Shown here one piece after another: positions 1 to 9,794 of a stretch of 32,140 bases of DNA; positions within the stretch are counted from its first letter, which is position 1; every line of letters starts with the position of its first letter. The DNA is taken from NCBI GenBank assembly GCA_963751345.1, contig CAVVUS010000002.1, positions 1-32,140 of the forward strand, read 5' to 3'. This stretch comes from an uncultured Chloroflexia bacterium (GTDB lineage: Bacteria > Chloroflexota > Anaerolineae > B4-G1 > SLSP01). The notes below the pieces were generated by a model. That model saw only the letters and a list, made by a program, of their open reading frames with translations, was not told the DNA's origin and searched no databases. Both the position numbers and the translations under genes were made by a program.

Positions 1-242
1 GGCCAATGCATGATGAGGGCCGCGATGAACATCAGCGACAGTCCGGGGATCTCGCGGACACCGGCTAACCAGAGGACCTGCTTTCCGCTCAGACCCAGGA
101 TATCGACGAAGAAGTTGGTGGCGGCGCCGTTGATCAGGCCCTGCCCTATACCGACGAAGAAGACAGTGGTGGCGAGCATGAGGACGTAGCTGCTCCAGTA
201 AGAGGTGAAGGCCTTAAGGCGATTGAGTAGTGTGACTTGCAT
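1..242 (-). CDS. MFS transporter, N-terminal part (runs off the window)
   Basis: Not in ORF track. Manual translation from ATG at 242: MQVTLLNRLKAFTSYWSSYVLMLATTVFFVGIGQGLINGAATNFFVDILGLSGKQVLWLAGVREIPGLSLMFIAALIMHW; hydrophobic helices with an MFS-like start; GAGG upstream. Confidence 0.75.
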   Translation of the reverse strand, partial: MQVTLLNRLKAFTSYWSSYVLMLATTVFFVGIGQGLINGAATNFFVDILGLSGKQVLWLAGVREIPGLSLMFIAALIMHW

Positions 243-344
243 ATCTGTTTATCTTGCCTCGGGTACAGGATAGCGGTTGGGAGAGTGTAGCACGTATGGC
301 GTGCAACGCAAAGCTCGTGAGGCGGCCCAAGTCTTCACGTCAAC

Positions 345-1001
345 CTACCTTGGCGGCCTGGTGAAGCGGACGGTATAGGCCCAGAGGTTTCCCAGCACCG
401 CCGCGACCTCGAAGCCTGCGTCGATGCCGGCCTGGACGGTGGTGCTGCTCAGCACGTAGTCGGGGTCGGTGATCCACTCGGTCACCGCCAGGACGCCACC
501 GGGGCGTAGGACGCGCCGGATCTCGGCCAGTGCGCGGGCGCGGTCGGGGATCTCCTGGAGCACCGTGATCATGTAGACCAGGTCAAGCTCTCCGTCGTCA
601 AAGGGCAGGGCATAGGCGCCGGCTTCGTGGAGGTGGACGTTCGTGAGATCCTGGTTCTCGAGTCGTTGGAGCTTTCGCCTCAGTTGGGCCAGCATCGCGG
701 GCTGGATGTCGAGAGCGTGGACCCTGCCGCTCGCGCCGACCGCTCGGGCGACAAAGGTCGTGTAGGCCCCGCTGCCGCAGCCGACCTCCAGCACCGTCAT
801 GCCCGCAGCGATCCCGCTGCGCGAGATAATCTGCCCCGGCGGCTGTAGCCAACGACGGAGGTCGCTGTCTAGAAGGCGCCCGATGAATGCCGGAGCGGGC
901 ACGTGCCATACCTTGCGCACAACCCGCAGGACGACTTGCCCCGCCAGCGCGATGCCCACGACGGTCAGCATCGTGCGCGCGATCGACTCAGATTTCCTCA
1001 T
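345..1001 (-). CDS. Class I SAM-dependent methyltransferase with N-terminal hydrophobic anchor (218 aa)
   Basis: Motif I VLEVGCGSG, ALDIQ, LPFDDGELDLV, RVLRPGG; AGGAGG RBS before ATG 1001. Confidence 0.9.
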   Translation of the reverse strand: MRKSESIARTMLTVVGIALAGQVVLRVVRKVWHVPAPAFIGRLLDSDLRRWLQPPGQIISRSGIAAGMTVLEVGCGSGAYTTFVARAVGASGRVHALDIQPAMLAQLRRKLQRLENQDLTNVHLHEAGAYALPFDDGELDLVYMITVLQEIPDRARALAEIRRVLRPGGVLAVTEWITDPDYVLSSTTVQAGIDAGFEVAAVLGNLWAYTVRFTRPPR

Positions 1002-1172
1002 ACGTTCACCTCCTGGTGCCCGCGACATTATGCGCCTTGGAGCCTTGCGCGGCAAGGGGAATACGGTCGGTGCCGTGGACGTCCCCGTACGGCGGTCAAG
1101 TCATGTCCTTGCGGCGCCGTCACATTCGGTGTAGAAATGGCGAAGCGGCTCGCCCTCTGAAGGAGGTGTTCC

Positions 1173-2631
1173 CTGTTCCAGACAGTGCTGCGGCGCAGAC
1201 CCCTGACGGCTCACGTCGGCATCCTCGGCGTTGGTCTCGACGTCTATTGGAGACAGTTTCCCGATCTGCTGACATGCCCTACTCGGCTATCTCAGCACCT
1301 TCGAGCACCAGGTGCAGGCGCGGGCCGTCGAGACGACCAACTTCGGGATGATCGACAACGCGCAGGCCGCCTACGCCGTGCTCCCCCAACTCAAGGCTGC
1401 CTCGTTGGACCTCGTGTTTGTCGATATGCTGACCTACGCTACGTCGTCTACCTTCGGGATCCTGATCCGCGAGCTGGACGTCCCGGTGGTGCTGGTTGCG
1501 CTGCAGCCCCTGGCCCGCCTGGACTATGCCCACGCTACCATCGAGATGCAGCTCAAGAACGACAACATCTGCTCGCTACCCGAGTTCGCGGGCGTGGCCG
1601 TGCGGATGGGCAAGCCGGTGCCGCCGATGATCATAGGGACGCTGATGGACGATGCCCGCGCTCAGGCTGAGGTCACGCGATGGTGTGCCATCGCACGGGT
1701 GCTCCACGACCTCAAGGGCGCGCGGATCGGCCACTTCGGCCATCCCATCGAGGCGATGCTCGATATGCACACCGACCAGACGGCGATGACCGCGGCGTTT
1801 GGGCTACACGTGGTCCAGACCGAGCTCGACGACCTCGTGGGGCTCGCGCGCACCGTGACCGAGGACGAGGTCGCGGCAAAGCAGGCCGAAATCCTGGCGA
1901 TGTTCGATACCCCGGATCCCGGATCGGACCCGCTGACGCGCAAGCTAACCGACGAAGACCTGGCGAACGCCGCGCGAATGGCGGCGGCGCTCGATCGCTT
2001 TGTGACGGCGTACGATCTCGACGGCTTGGCCTACTACTATCGAGGCGAGCCGGGGAGCGAGCGCGAGCGGGTCGCTGCCAACCTGATCGTGGGCAACTCG
2101 CTGCTTTGCGCCGCCGGCTTTCCGATGTGCGGCGAGTCGGATCTGAAAACGTGCGTGGCGATGCTGATCATGGACCGGCTGGAGATCGGGGGCAGCTTCG
2201 CCGAGTTCCATCCCGTCGATTTCGCGGAGGGCTTCGTCCTCGTGGGGCACGACGGCCCGCACCACGTCAATATCGCGGAGGGGAGGCCGGTGCTGCGCAG
2301 CCTGACGACCTACCACGGCAAGCCAGGGTCCGGCGCCTCCGTCGAGTTCAAGATCAAGGAGGGGCCGATCACGATGCTGGGCATCACGTCGACGGCGTGC
2401 GGGACGTTCAAGTTCGTGATCGCCGAAGGGCAGTCGGTCGCCGGCCCGATCCCCGCGACGGGCAACACCAACACCCGCGGCTTCTTTGAGCCCGATGTCG
2501 TCACGTTCCTTCAGCGGTGGCTCTCCGAGGGACCGACGCACCACTTTGCCCTCGGAATCGGCCATCACGCGGAGACACTCAAGCTGATCGGTGAGGCGCT
2601 GGGCATCGAGAGCGTGGTGGTGACGGGGTGA
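1173..2631 (+). CDS. L-fucose/L-arabinose isomerase family protein (~485 aa), +1 frameshift near 1272
   Basis: N-terminus HVGILGVGLDVYWRQFPDLL (frame of ORF 1185) continues as ALLGYLSTFEHQVQARAVETTNFGMID in the frame of ORF 1312; motifs GESDLKT, AEFHP, GHDGPHH, GPTHHFALG. AGGAGG at 1161-1166; start is CTG 1173 or GTG 1185. Confidence 0.8.
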
Positions 2632-2643
2632 GCGAGGGGGCGA

Positions 2644-3675
2644 ATGAGCGATAGGACCAGCAAAGCTTTGGGAGTGTGGGGCGGCGCGCCGAAGGTCGAG
2701 CTGCACCTGCACTTGGAGGGCGCGATCCCGCTTCCCGCGCTTTGGGCGCTGATGGACAAGTACGGGGGAGACCCCGAGGTGCCCGATGAGGTCACGCTGG
2801 CCCAGCGGTTTGCTTACCGGGATTTTCCCCATTTCCTCGAGATCTGGAATTGGAAGAATACCTACCTTCGCGAGGCAGAGGATTTCGCTTTCATCGCCGA
2901 GGCCGTGGCTCGCGATCTGGTAGCGCAGAACGTGCGCTACGTTGAGGCCTTCTACTCGCCCTCCGACTTCGCCATCCACGGGTTGACCACGCAGGAGATC
3001 ACCGTCGCGATCCGCCGGGGGCTGGACCGCGTGCCCGAGGTGGAGGTTGCGTTGATCGCCGATCTCGTCCGCAACCGCGGACCTGAACATGGCCTCCGGA
3101 ATCTCCTGGAGGTCGACGAGGTCAAAGGGTACGGCGTGATCGGCATCGGCATCGGGGGAGCGGAGCACGCCTATCCGCCTGAGCCCTTTGCGCCGGTCTA
3201 TGAGCGTGCCCGCGCCCTGGGTTTCCACACGACCGCGCACGCGGGTGAGGCCGCCGGGGCGGAGAGCGTCTGGGGTGCGATTCGGGCGCTGCACGTCGAG
3301 CGCATCGGCCACGGGACGCGAGCGTACGAGGATCCGGCGCTGCTGGATTATCTGCTGGAGATGCAGATACCGCTGGAGATGTGCCCGCTCTCCAACGTGC
3401 GCACCGGCGTGGTGCCTTCGATCGAAGCGCATCCCATCCGCCGCTATTTTGACCTCGGCCTGATGGTGACGGTGAACAGCGATGACCCCAAGATGTTCGG
3501 CAACAGCCTTGCTGAGGAGTACGCGACGCTGGAGCGCGCGCTCGGTTTCACGCCCTATGAGGTGCAGACGCTGGTCCTGAACGGCGTCCGGGCTTCGTGG
3601 CTGCCCGAGGCACGCAAGGCGGTCATGGTCGGGGAGTTCGAGCGGGACATCGCCGCGGTGCTCGAAGCGTCGTAG
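2644..3675 (+). CDS. add: Adenosine deaminase family protein
   Basis: PKVELHLHLEG, TAHAGE, ERIGHG, CPLSN and NSDDP motifs of the adenosine/adenine deaminase family. Confidence 0.92.
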   Translation: MSDRTSKALGVWGGAPKVELHLHLEGAIPLPALWALMDKYGGDPEVPDEVTLAQRFAYRDFPHFLEIWNWKNTYLREAEDFAFIAEAVARDLVAQNVRYVEAFYSPSDFAIHGLTTQEITVAIRRGLDRVPEVEVALIADLVRNRGPEHGLRNLLEVDEVKGYGVIGIGIGGAEHAYPPEPFAPVYERARALGFHTTAHAGEAAGAESVWGAIRALHVERIGHGTRAYEDPALLDYLLEMQIPLEMCPLSNVRTGVVPSIEAHPIRRYFDLGLMVTVNSDDPKMFGNSLAEEYATLERALGFTPYEVQTLVLNGVRASWLPEARKAVMVGEFERDIAAVLEAS

Positions 3676-3725
3676 GTGATCTTCCCGCATCCGCTTGCCT
3701 CTTCACAAAGGAGAACCACGTCTAT

Positions 3726-4571
3726 ATGAAACTGATCGACATTGTCAACCGCACACCCGCACCCGAGCCCTGGGCCGAGGGCGAGAAGATCCCCTGGAAT
3801 GAGCCGGGCTTCAGCGCCCGGATGCTCAGAGAGCACCTCTCGCAGGCGCACGACGCCGCTAGCCGGCGCTTTGCCATCATCGACCGCCACGTCGCCTGGA
3901 TCCACGAGTACGTGCTGGGCGGACACCCCACCCATGTGCTGGATCTGGGGTGCGGGCCGGGACTCTACGCCAGCCGGCTAGCGCGCCTGGGACACACCTG
4001 CACCGGCATCGACTTCGGACCGGCATCCATCGCCTATGCGCGCGAGGAGGCTGAACGCGAAAGCCTGAACTGCACCTACCAGCTCGCCGATCTTCGTGAG
4101 GCCGACTTCGGGGAGGGCTACGGCCTGGCGATGCTCATCTTTGGGGAGATGAACACCTTCCCGCCGGGAGACATCCGCAAGATCCTGGGCAAGGTACACG
4201 CCGCGCTGGCGCCGGGCGGCGTACTGCTCCTCGAGCCACATACGTTCGCCGAGGTCGAGCGAGAAGGCAAGCGGGCGCGCTCGTGGTATTCGTCGGCTTC
4301 GGGCCTATTCTCCGCTGACCCGCACGTGGTGCTCACCGAGAGTATCTGGGATGCCGACCGTGCTGTTACGACGAATCGCAACATCGTCATCGATGCGGCC
4401 TCGGGCGAGGTGTCGTGGTACCCGGAGAGTATGCAGGCCTACACCGACGACGGCTACCGAGGGCTGCTCAGTGAGTGCGGTTTTGGAGACGTCACGTTCT
4501 ACCCGTCATTGACCGGCGAGCCGAACGAGGGCGATTACGGGCTTTTCGCGATCGTCGCGACGCGGGGATGA
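3726..4571 (+). CDS. Class I SAM-dependent methyltransferase (281 aa)
   Basis: VLDLGCGPG, GIDF, ALAPGG; N-terminal KIPWNEPGFSARMLREHLSQ; AAGGAG RBS before ATG 3726. Confidence 0.9.
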   Translation: MKLIDIVNRTPAPEPWAEGEKIPWNEPGFSARMLREHLSQAHDAASRRFAIIDRHVAWIHEYVLGGHPTHVLDLGCGPGLYASRLARLGHTCTGIDFGPASIAYAREEAERESLNCTYQLADLREADFGEGYGLAMLIFGEMNTFPPGDIRKILGKVHAALAPGGVLLLEPHTFAEVEREGKRARSWYSSASGLFSADPHVVLTESIWDADRAVTTNRNIVIDAASGEVSWYPESMQAYTDDGYRGLLSECGFGDVTFYPSLTGEPNEGDYGLFAIVATRG

Positions 4572-5067
4572 AGGGAGTCGTTCGAGCGTGCGTGTACAGG
4601 TCGTGACCTTCCTGCCGAACAGCACTGACGAATGAACGAGCCGAGCGTTGCGGCCGCTTTGGGCGATCGCGTTCGCATACAAGCAGCTCGCGCATCCGCC
4701 GCGCGTCGCCTATTGCACAAGTCGCCACGTGGTAGTGAAAGAAGGTCATGGTTCCAAAGGTCTAGCTTACCCATCGTGCCCTGCTGTGGTGGACGTTGCT
4801 CCAGGTTTCTGTACACTTTGCCTATGACGGATGCGTACCGTTGTCTCTGTCCGGTAACACGCTTGACTGGCGCTGGGATATAGGGCAACCCGGCAGGCGT
4901 TCCCACAGCTATGCTGACTGGCTGGTACGCAACGCAGGAAGTCGCTAAGTCCCGTTAAGCTATGGCGACCACGTTCTGAGACGGTGCCTGTTCCGTCCAG
5001 AAGGTGCAGTGGAAAGGATCGCGGGCCGGTGCCCACACTGCAAGCGTCAGATACTTGGAGAGCAAAT

Positions 5068-7509
5068 ATGCTAAAGACCAAAGATATGCCCCACCGGTCG
5101 CCCTCATACACTGGCCATGTGCATGAAGGCGGAATCGTCCGCATAGACACCCTTCGGCAGAGCTGCGACCCCGATGCTACCGGAACGCTGACCATCTCGG
5201 CCATTCAGAGTAATATCGTCAAAGTGGAGTTTGTCGAGGGAGGCGTCGTTGCGCCTGAGAAGTCCCTCGTCGTTCTTCGTGATGACGTTGAAGGCACCTT
5301 CACGGTAACCGAAACCGAGGCGGAGCTGCACCTTCTTACATCCAGGATCCAGGTCACGGTGGACAAGCGAACCTGCGCGCTCAGCTACCGGGATGTGAAT
5401 GGCACCCCGCGGGACAATCTGTGGTTGCGGGAGTCTCCAGATGGTGGAAAGCGACTGACGCCCATCGATATCGAGCGGGTCATCTACGATGAGGATGCGG
5501 AATCGACCGTCGAAGACAGCGTCGATGGGTTGAAGGTGCGCACCGCCGCAATTGGAACCGTCAAAGACAGAGACGGTTTCCGGGCTGCTCATTCGTTTCT
5601 GCTTCAGGAGGACGAAGCTGTCTATGGATTGGGACAGCACGAAGAAGGGTTCCTGAATTACCGCCATCGGCAGCAGTTTCTCTACCAGCAGAACATGAAG
5701 GTGGCGATGCCTGTGATGGTCTCGACCAAGGGATATGGCATCTACTGGGACACACTGGCCCTGATGACGTTCAATGATCTTCGCGAGGAGACAGAAGTCA
5801 CGATAGATGCTGCTTCTTCGCTAAGATACTACTTCATCGCCGGTCCTGCATTTGACCAGATCATTGCTGGGATTCGCCACCTTTCGGGTGAAGTGCCTAT
5901 GCTGCCCAGGTGGGCGTATGGGTACCTTCAGTCAAAGGAACGCTACGAGACTGCCCAGGAGCTGATTGATGTCGTGGGCGAATACCGGGAGCGAGACATC
6001 CCGCTGGATTGCATCATTCTGGACTGGCACAGCTGGTCTGGTGATCTGTGGGGGCAGAAGACCCTTGACCCCGACCGGTTTCCGGATCCCCAGGCAATGA
6101 CCGCAGCACTCCACCGGCACGATGTCAAGCTCATGGTGTCTATCTGGCCTCACATGCGCGGAAACGGGCCCAACCAAGTGGAAATGGCAGAGGCCGGCCA
6201 CCTTCTCGGGAACAAGTCGACTTACGATGCCTATTCCCCCGAAGCTCGCCAAATGTATTGGAAACACGCGAATGAGGGACTCTTCAGCAATGGCGTCGAT
6301 GCTTGGTGGTGTGACTGTACCGAGCCCTTCGAAGCAGATTGGAGCGGTTCTCATCGACCAGACTCCTATACCCGTATGCGCATCAACTGCACGGAAGCAA
6401 AGAGGTATCTCGACCCCATGTACATCAATGGTTACTCTCTCGCTCACAGCAAGGGGCTTTTTGAGGGACAGCGGTCAACAGGTAGCAATAAGCGAGTGGT
6501 CAATCTCACGAGGTCTGGGTCGGTAGGTCAGCATAGGTACAATACCATCACCTGGAGTGGTGATATTGAAGCCCGGTGGAGCAGGTTACGCAAGCAGATT
6601 GCCGATGGCCTGAATTTCACCATCACCGGCAGCCCGCGTTGGACCTGGGATATCGGTGCCTTCTTTGTGAAGCCCGGGACCCAGTGGTTCTGGGATGGCC
6701 AATACCCCGAGGGAAATCAGGATCCGGGCTACCGGGAACTCTACTTGCGATGGTTGCAGGCATCGGTCTTCCTCCCAATCTTCCGTTCTCATGGGACTGA
6801 CACTGCACGCGAAGTCTGGCGCTTTGGCAAACCCGGGGAGCCCTACTATGATGCGATCAAGGCCAGCATCGAATTGCGCTACCGCCTTCTCCCCTATCTA
6901 TATTCCCTGGCCGGGTGGGAGTGCCAACGTGGCTATACGACCTTTCGCAATCTGGCCTTTGACTTCCGAGAGGATCCTGAGACGCATGATATTGCCGATC
7001 AGTTCATGTGTGGTCCATCGCTCATGGTGTGCCCCGTTCTGGCACCTCAGGAATATGGGCCGGACAGCGCGCCCATCACGGATGCTCCAAAGCAGCGCAA
7101 GGTGTATTTGCCCACATGCCATGGCAAAGGCGCTTTCTGGTATGATTTCCATACTCACAAGCGATATGAAGGGGGAGAGTGGATCGACGTCGACACGCCC
7201 ATCAATCGTATCCCGGTTTTCGCTCCGGCGGGAAGCATTGTCCCTCTGGGTCCCGTAGTCCGGCATGCGTCTGAGAGCTGCGATGTCCCCTGGGTTTTGC
7301 ACGTCTTCCCCGGCGCAGACGGGAGTTTCGACATCTACGAAGATGCCGGTGACGGCTATGGATATGAGCAGGGCGAGTATACCTGGCAGCATCTTACTTG
7401 GGATGATGCGAAAGCTGATCTTACCGTCCATCCAGTTCAGGGATCCTACCCCTCAATGGTCGAACGCAAGTTCGAAACGGTGGTCGTCACATCCGAAGGA
7501 TGGGAGTAG
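5068..7509 (+). CDS. Glycoside hydrolase family 31, alpha-xylosidase (XylS-like), 813 aa
   Basis: YGLGQH, PRWAYGYLQSKERY, nucleophile motif WWCDCTEP, WSGDI, acid/base region TWDIGAF, FRSHG, YEDAGDGY; GGAG RBS before ATG 5068. Confidence 0.9.
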   Translation: MLKTKDMPHRSPSYTGHVHEGGIVRIDTLRQSCDPDATGTLTISAIQSNIVKVEFVEGGVVAPEKSLVVLRDDVEGTFTVTETEAELHLLTSRIQVTVDKRTCALSYRDVNGTPRDNLWLRESPDGGKRLTPIDIERVIYDEDAESTVEDSVDGLKVRTAAIGTVKDRDGFRAAHSFLLQEDEAVYGLGQHEEGFLNYRHRQQFLYQQNMKVAMPVMVSTKGYGIYWDTLALMTFNDLREETEVTIDAASSLRYYFIAGPAFDQIIAGIRHLSGEVPMLPRWAYGYLQSKERYETAQELIDVVGEYRERDIPLDCIILDWHSWSGDLWGQKTLDPDRFPDPQAMTAALHRHDVKLMVSIWPHMRGNGPNQVEMAEAGHLLGNKSTYDAYSPEARQMYWKHANEGLFSNGVDAWWCDCTEPFEADWSGSHRPDSYTRMRINCTEAKRYLDPMYINGYSLAHSKGLFEGQRSTGSNKRVVNLTRSGSVGQHRYNTITWSGDIEARWSRLRKQIADGLNFTITGSPRWTWDIGAFFVKPGTQWFWDGQYPEGNQDPGYRELYLRWLQASVFLPIFRSHGTDTAREVWRFGKPGEPYYDAIKASIELRYRLLPYLYSLAGWECQRGYTTFRNLAFDFREDPETHDIADQFMCGPSLMVCPVLAPQEYGPDSAPITDAPKQRKVYLPTCHGKGAFWYDFHTHKRYEGGEWIDVDTPINRIPVFAPAGSIVPLGPVVRHASESCDVPWVLHVFPGADGSFDIYEDAGDGYGYEQGEYTWQHLTWDDAKADLTVHPVQGSYPSMVERKFETVVVTSEGWE

Positions 7510-7627
7510 CTCGGAGCTTCCGCACCTAGCAGAGTTCCTGGCCCAGCTAAGCGAGCGCTGGCAACGAATCCGCCCACGCTTTGCTGGTGCGGATGGTTTT
7601 GAACACTTTCGAGAAGGAGATGACCGT

Positions 7628-8638
7628 ATGATGAAGAAGTTTCTGAACAGACCTGAGGCGTTCGTTGATGAGATGTTGCAGGGCGTCCTGTCTGCACACC
7701 CTGACCAGCTGAAGAACGTTGCCAACGACCTGCGCTGCATCGTTCGGGCTGACGCACCAAAGTCCGGCAAGGTCGGTCTTTCGACCGGTGGTGGATCCGG
7801 TCACCTGCCGCTCTTTCTAGGCTATGTGGGGAAAGGGTTGCTCGACGGGTGCGCCGTGGGGGGTGTGTTCCAGAGCCCCGGCGCAGATCAGATGCTTGAG
7901 GTAACCAGATCGATCGACAGTGGCAAGGGCGTACTCTACATCTACGGCAACTATAGCGGAGATAGAATGAACTTCGACATGGCCGCCGAAATGGCGGACA
8001 TGGAGGACATCCGGGTGGAGTCCTACATCGCCGGCGAAGACGTGGCCAGCGCGCCCAAGGGAGAAGAGCATAAGCGCCGAGGCGTTGCCGGCATCTTCTA
8101 TGTCTACAAGTGCGCCGGAGCGAAGGCGGACGAGGGTGCCGACTTGGATGAGGTGAAGCGCATCGCAGAGAAGGCGGGCGCGAACGTGCGGACCATGGGT
8201 GTGGCGCTGTCTCCAGTGATCGTTCCAGAAGTTGGCAGGCCTTCGTTTACGATCGGCGACGGCGAGATGGAAATCGGCATGGGAATCCACGGCGAACCGG
8301 GTATTCGGCGCGGCAAACTGATGACAGCGGACGAAGTCGTGCAGGAGATGATGAACCAGATTCTGCCCGACCTTCCCTATCAGAGCGGCGACGAAGTCTC
8401 TGTCCTGATGAACGGTCTCGGTGCGACCCCGAAAGAGGAGCTCTACATTGCGTACCGCAAGGTGGCGGAGATTCTCAGTGAGAAGGGCATCTCGGTGTTC
8501 AAGGTCTACGTGGGCGAGTTTGCCACCTCGCTGGAGATGACGGGATTCTCCATTTCGGTATTCAAGCTCGATGATGAACTGAAGGGATTGCTTGCGAAGC
8601 CGGCATGCACGCCGTTCTTCGAGCAGACACAACTCTGA
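7628..8638 (+). CDS. dhaK: Dihydroxyacetone kinase family subunit DhaK (336 aa)
   Basis: MKKFLN, GGGSGHLP, NYSGDRMNF, RRGVAG, GMGIHGEPG, NGLGATP; GAAGGAG RBS. Confidence 0.92.
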   Translation: MMKKFLNRPEAFVDEMLQGVLSAHPDQLKNVANDLRCIVRADAPKSGKVGLSTGGGSGHLPLFLGYVGKGLLDGCAVGGVFQSPGADQMLEVTRSIDSGKGVLYIYGNYSGDRMNFDMAAEMADMEDIRVESYIAGEDVASAPKGEEHKRRGVAGIFYVYKCAGAKADEGADLDEVKRIAEKAGANVRTMGVALSPVIVPEVGRPSFTIGDGEMEIGMGIHGEPGIRRGKLMTADEVVQEMMNQILPDLPYQSGDEVSVLMNGLGATPKEELYIAYRKVAEILSEKGISVFKVYVGEFATSLEMTGFSISVFKLDDELKGLLAKPACTPFFEQTQL

Positions 8639-8650
8639 ACGGGAGGAGCC

Positions 8651-9271
8651 ATGTTGGATGTCTCGCAGGCGAAGGCCGCGTTGCACGCCGTCCGTCTCAC
8701 CATGGAAAAGAACCGCGACCGACTCATCGAGTTGGACAGCGCGGTTGGCGATGGAGACCTTGGTCTCACGATGTGTAAGGCGTTCGTGACTGCCGATCAG
8801 GAGCTGGCGGGATCCTCTGAGACCGATGTGGGGAAATTCCTGATGCAGGCCGGCATGACGATGGCGAGGGCAGCGCCTTCCACTATGGGAACCTTGATGG
8901 CTACAGGTTTCATGCGCGGGGGTAAGGCGCTCAAGGACAAGACCGAGTGTGCTCCGTCGGATATCGCCGCCTTCTTCCGAGCCTTCTCCGACGGGGTGAT
9001 GGAGCGCGGCAAGGCCAAACCGGGAAACAAGACCGTCGTCGACGTGCTGGAACCGGCCGCGGTGGCTGCAGAGAAAGCGGCAAGCAGCGGGGATATGGCC
9101 ACCGTTGCGGCAGCGATCCTCGACGCGGCACGAGAGGGCGAGGAAGCCGCGCGGGGCATGATGTCCGAGCATGGAAGGGCCGCGATCTACCGGGAGCAGA
9201 CGATCGGCAAACCTGATCCAGGTGCAGTTGCCGGGCGTCTGATGATCGAGGCCTTTGTTTCGGTGCTATAG
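8651..9271 (+). CDS. dhaL: Dihydroxyacetone kinase family subunit DhaL
   Basis: LDSAVGDGDLG, GKAKPGNKTVVD, GRA, PDPGA; GGAGGAG RBS; directly follows dhaK. Confidence 0.92.
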   Translation: MLDVSQAKAALHAVRLTMEKNRDRLIELDSAVGDGDLGLTMCKAFVTADQELAGSSETDVGKFLMQAGMTMARAAPSTMGTLMATGFMRGGKALKDKTECAPSDIAAFFRAFSDGVMERGKAKPGNKTVVDVLEPAAVAAEKAASSGDMATVAAAILDAAREGEEAARGMMSEHGRAAIYREQTIGKPDPGAVAGRLMIEAFVSVL

Positions 9272-9304
9272 TCCGGGAAGTTGTACTCTAGCGGGAGCCG
9301 GTGA

Positions 9305-9520
9305 CATGCCGAAATCCGGCGGATACTGAAGCTCTGCCGGCGGCCGGACGAGGCGTTCGCCTTCCGCGGATCGACGGAACTCATCCCCGGCGCCGAGCAA
9401 CCGGTGGTCAGCCCCGCGGCTGAGGATCTCATCAAGAAGGCTCTGCAGCCCCGAGACAAGCCGCTGTACGTGCTGACCATCGGGGCCCCGACCAATGTGT
9501 CGTCGGCCATCCTGACAGAA
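9305..9520 (+). pseudogene. Internal fragment of a nucleoside hydrolase (IU-NH family)
   Basis: Reads HAEIRRILKLCRRPDEAFAFRGSTELIPGAEQPVVSPAAEDLIKKALQPRDKPLYVLTIGAPTNVSSAILTE; PLYVxxIGAxTNVxSA is the nucleoside-hydrolase core motif; preceded by TGA, with no start codon and no N-terminal Asp-rich motif. Confidence 0.7.
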
Positions 9521-9531
9521 GCGCGATTTTC

Positions 9532-9738
9532 GGGGATCTATTCGCGAAGCGTCTCCGCTGGGAGGAGCACTCCGAAGCCTACTGGGAAGTAGTCGAACAC
9601 GCAGCCCGCGCTTACCGCGAGCACGGATTCTGGGGCGCTGTGGGACGCACGAATTCCGGACCGGGAGACCCAGTTTGGCAAGAGTACCCCAAGCGCCTCC
9701 GGCAAGTCAACGCCGTGTTCCTGAGCGAAGCGCCGTGA
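9532..9738 (+). pseudogene. C-terminal fragment of another protein, possibly cellulase-like/TIM-barrel glycoside hydrolase
   Basis: Different frame reads GDLFAKRLRWEEHSEAYWEVVEHAARAYREHGFWGAVGRTNSGPGDPVWQEYPKRLRQVNAVFLSEAP*; protein-like and Trp-rich, no start. Family call from recalled similarity only. Confidence 0.45.
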
Positions 9739-9794
9739 CGTCAACCGAACAGGCGGTGAGCAACCGGGGACGGGGCGATTCGCCTTGCGTGCGT

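Noticed and set aside
1945-3690. 581 aa minus-strand ORF, and similar long antisense ORFs such as 7817-9172, 23000-24097 and 9675-10433
   Set aside because: Shadow frames of well-supported genes in GC-rich DNA; no recognisable motifs.
4572-5067. Small genes or an IS in the 500 bp gap
   Set aside because: Short ORFs lack RBS and motifs; no terminal inverted repeats or transposase remnant recognised.
7265-7627. 121 aa N-terminal extension of DhaK (likewise the extensions called for GH31, the sulfatase, both methyltransferases and the ATPase)
   Set aside because: Overlaps upstream genes or promoters; strong RBS and family-typical N-termini lie at the downstream ATG.
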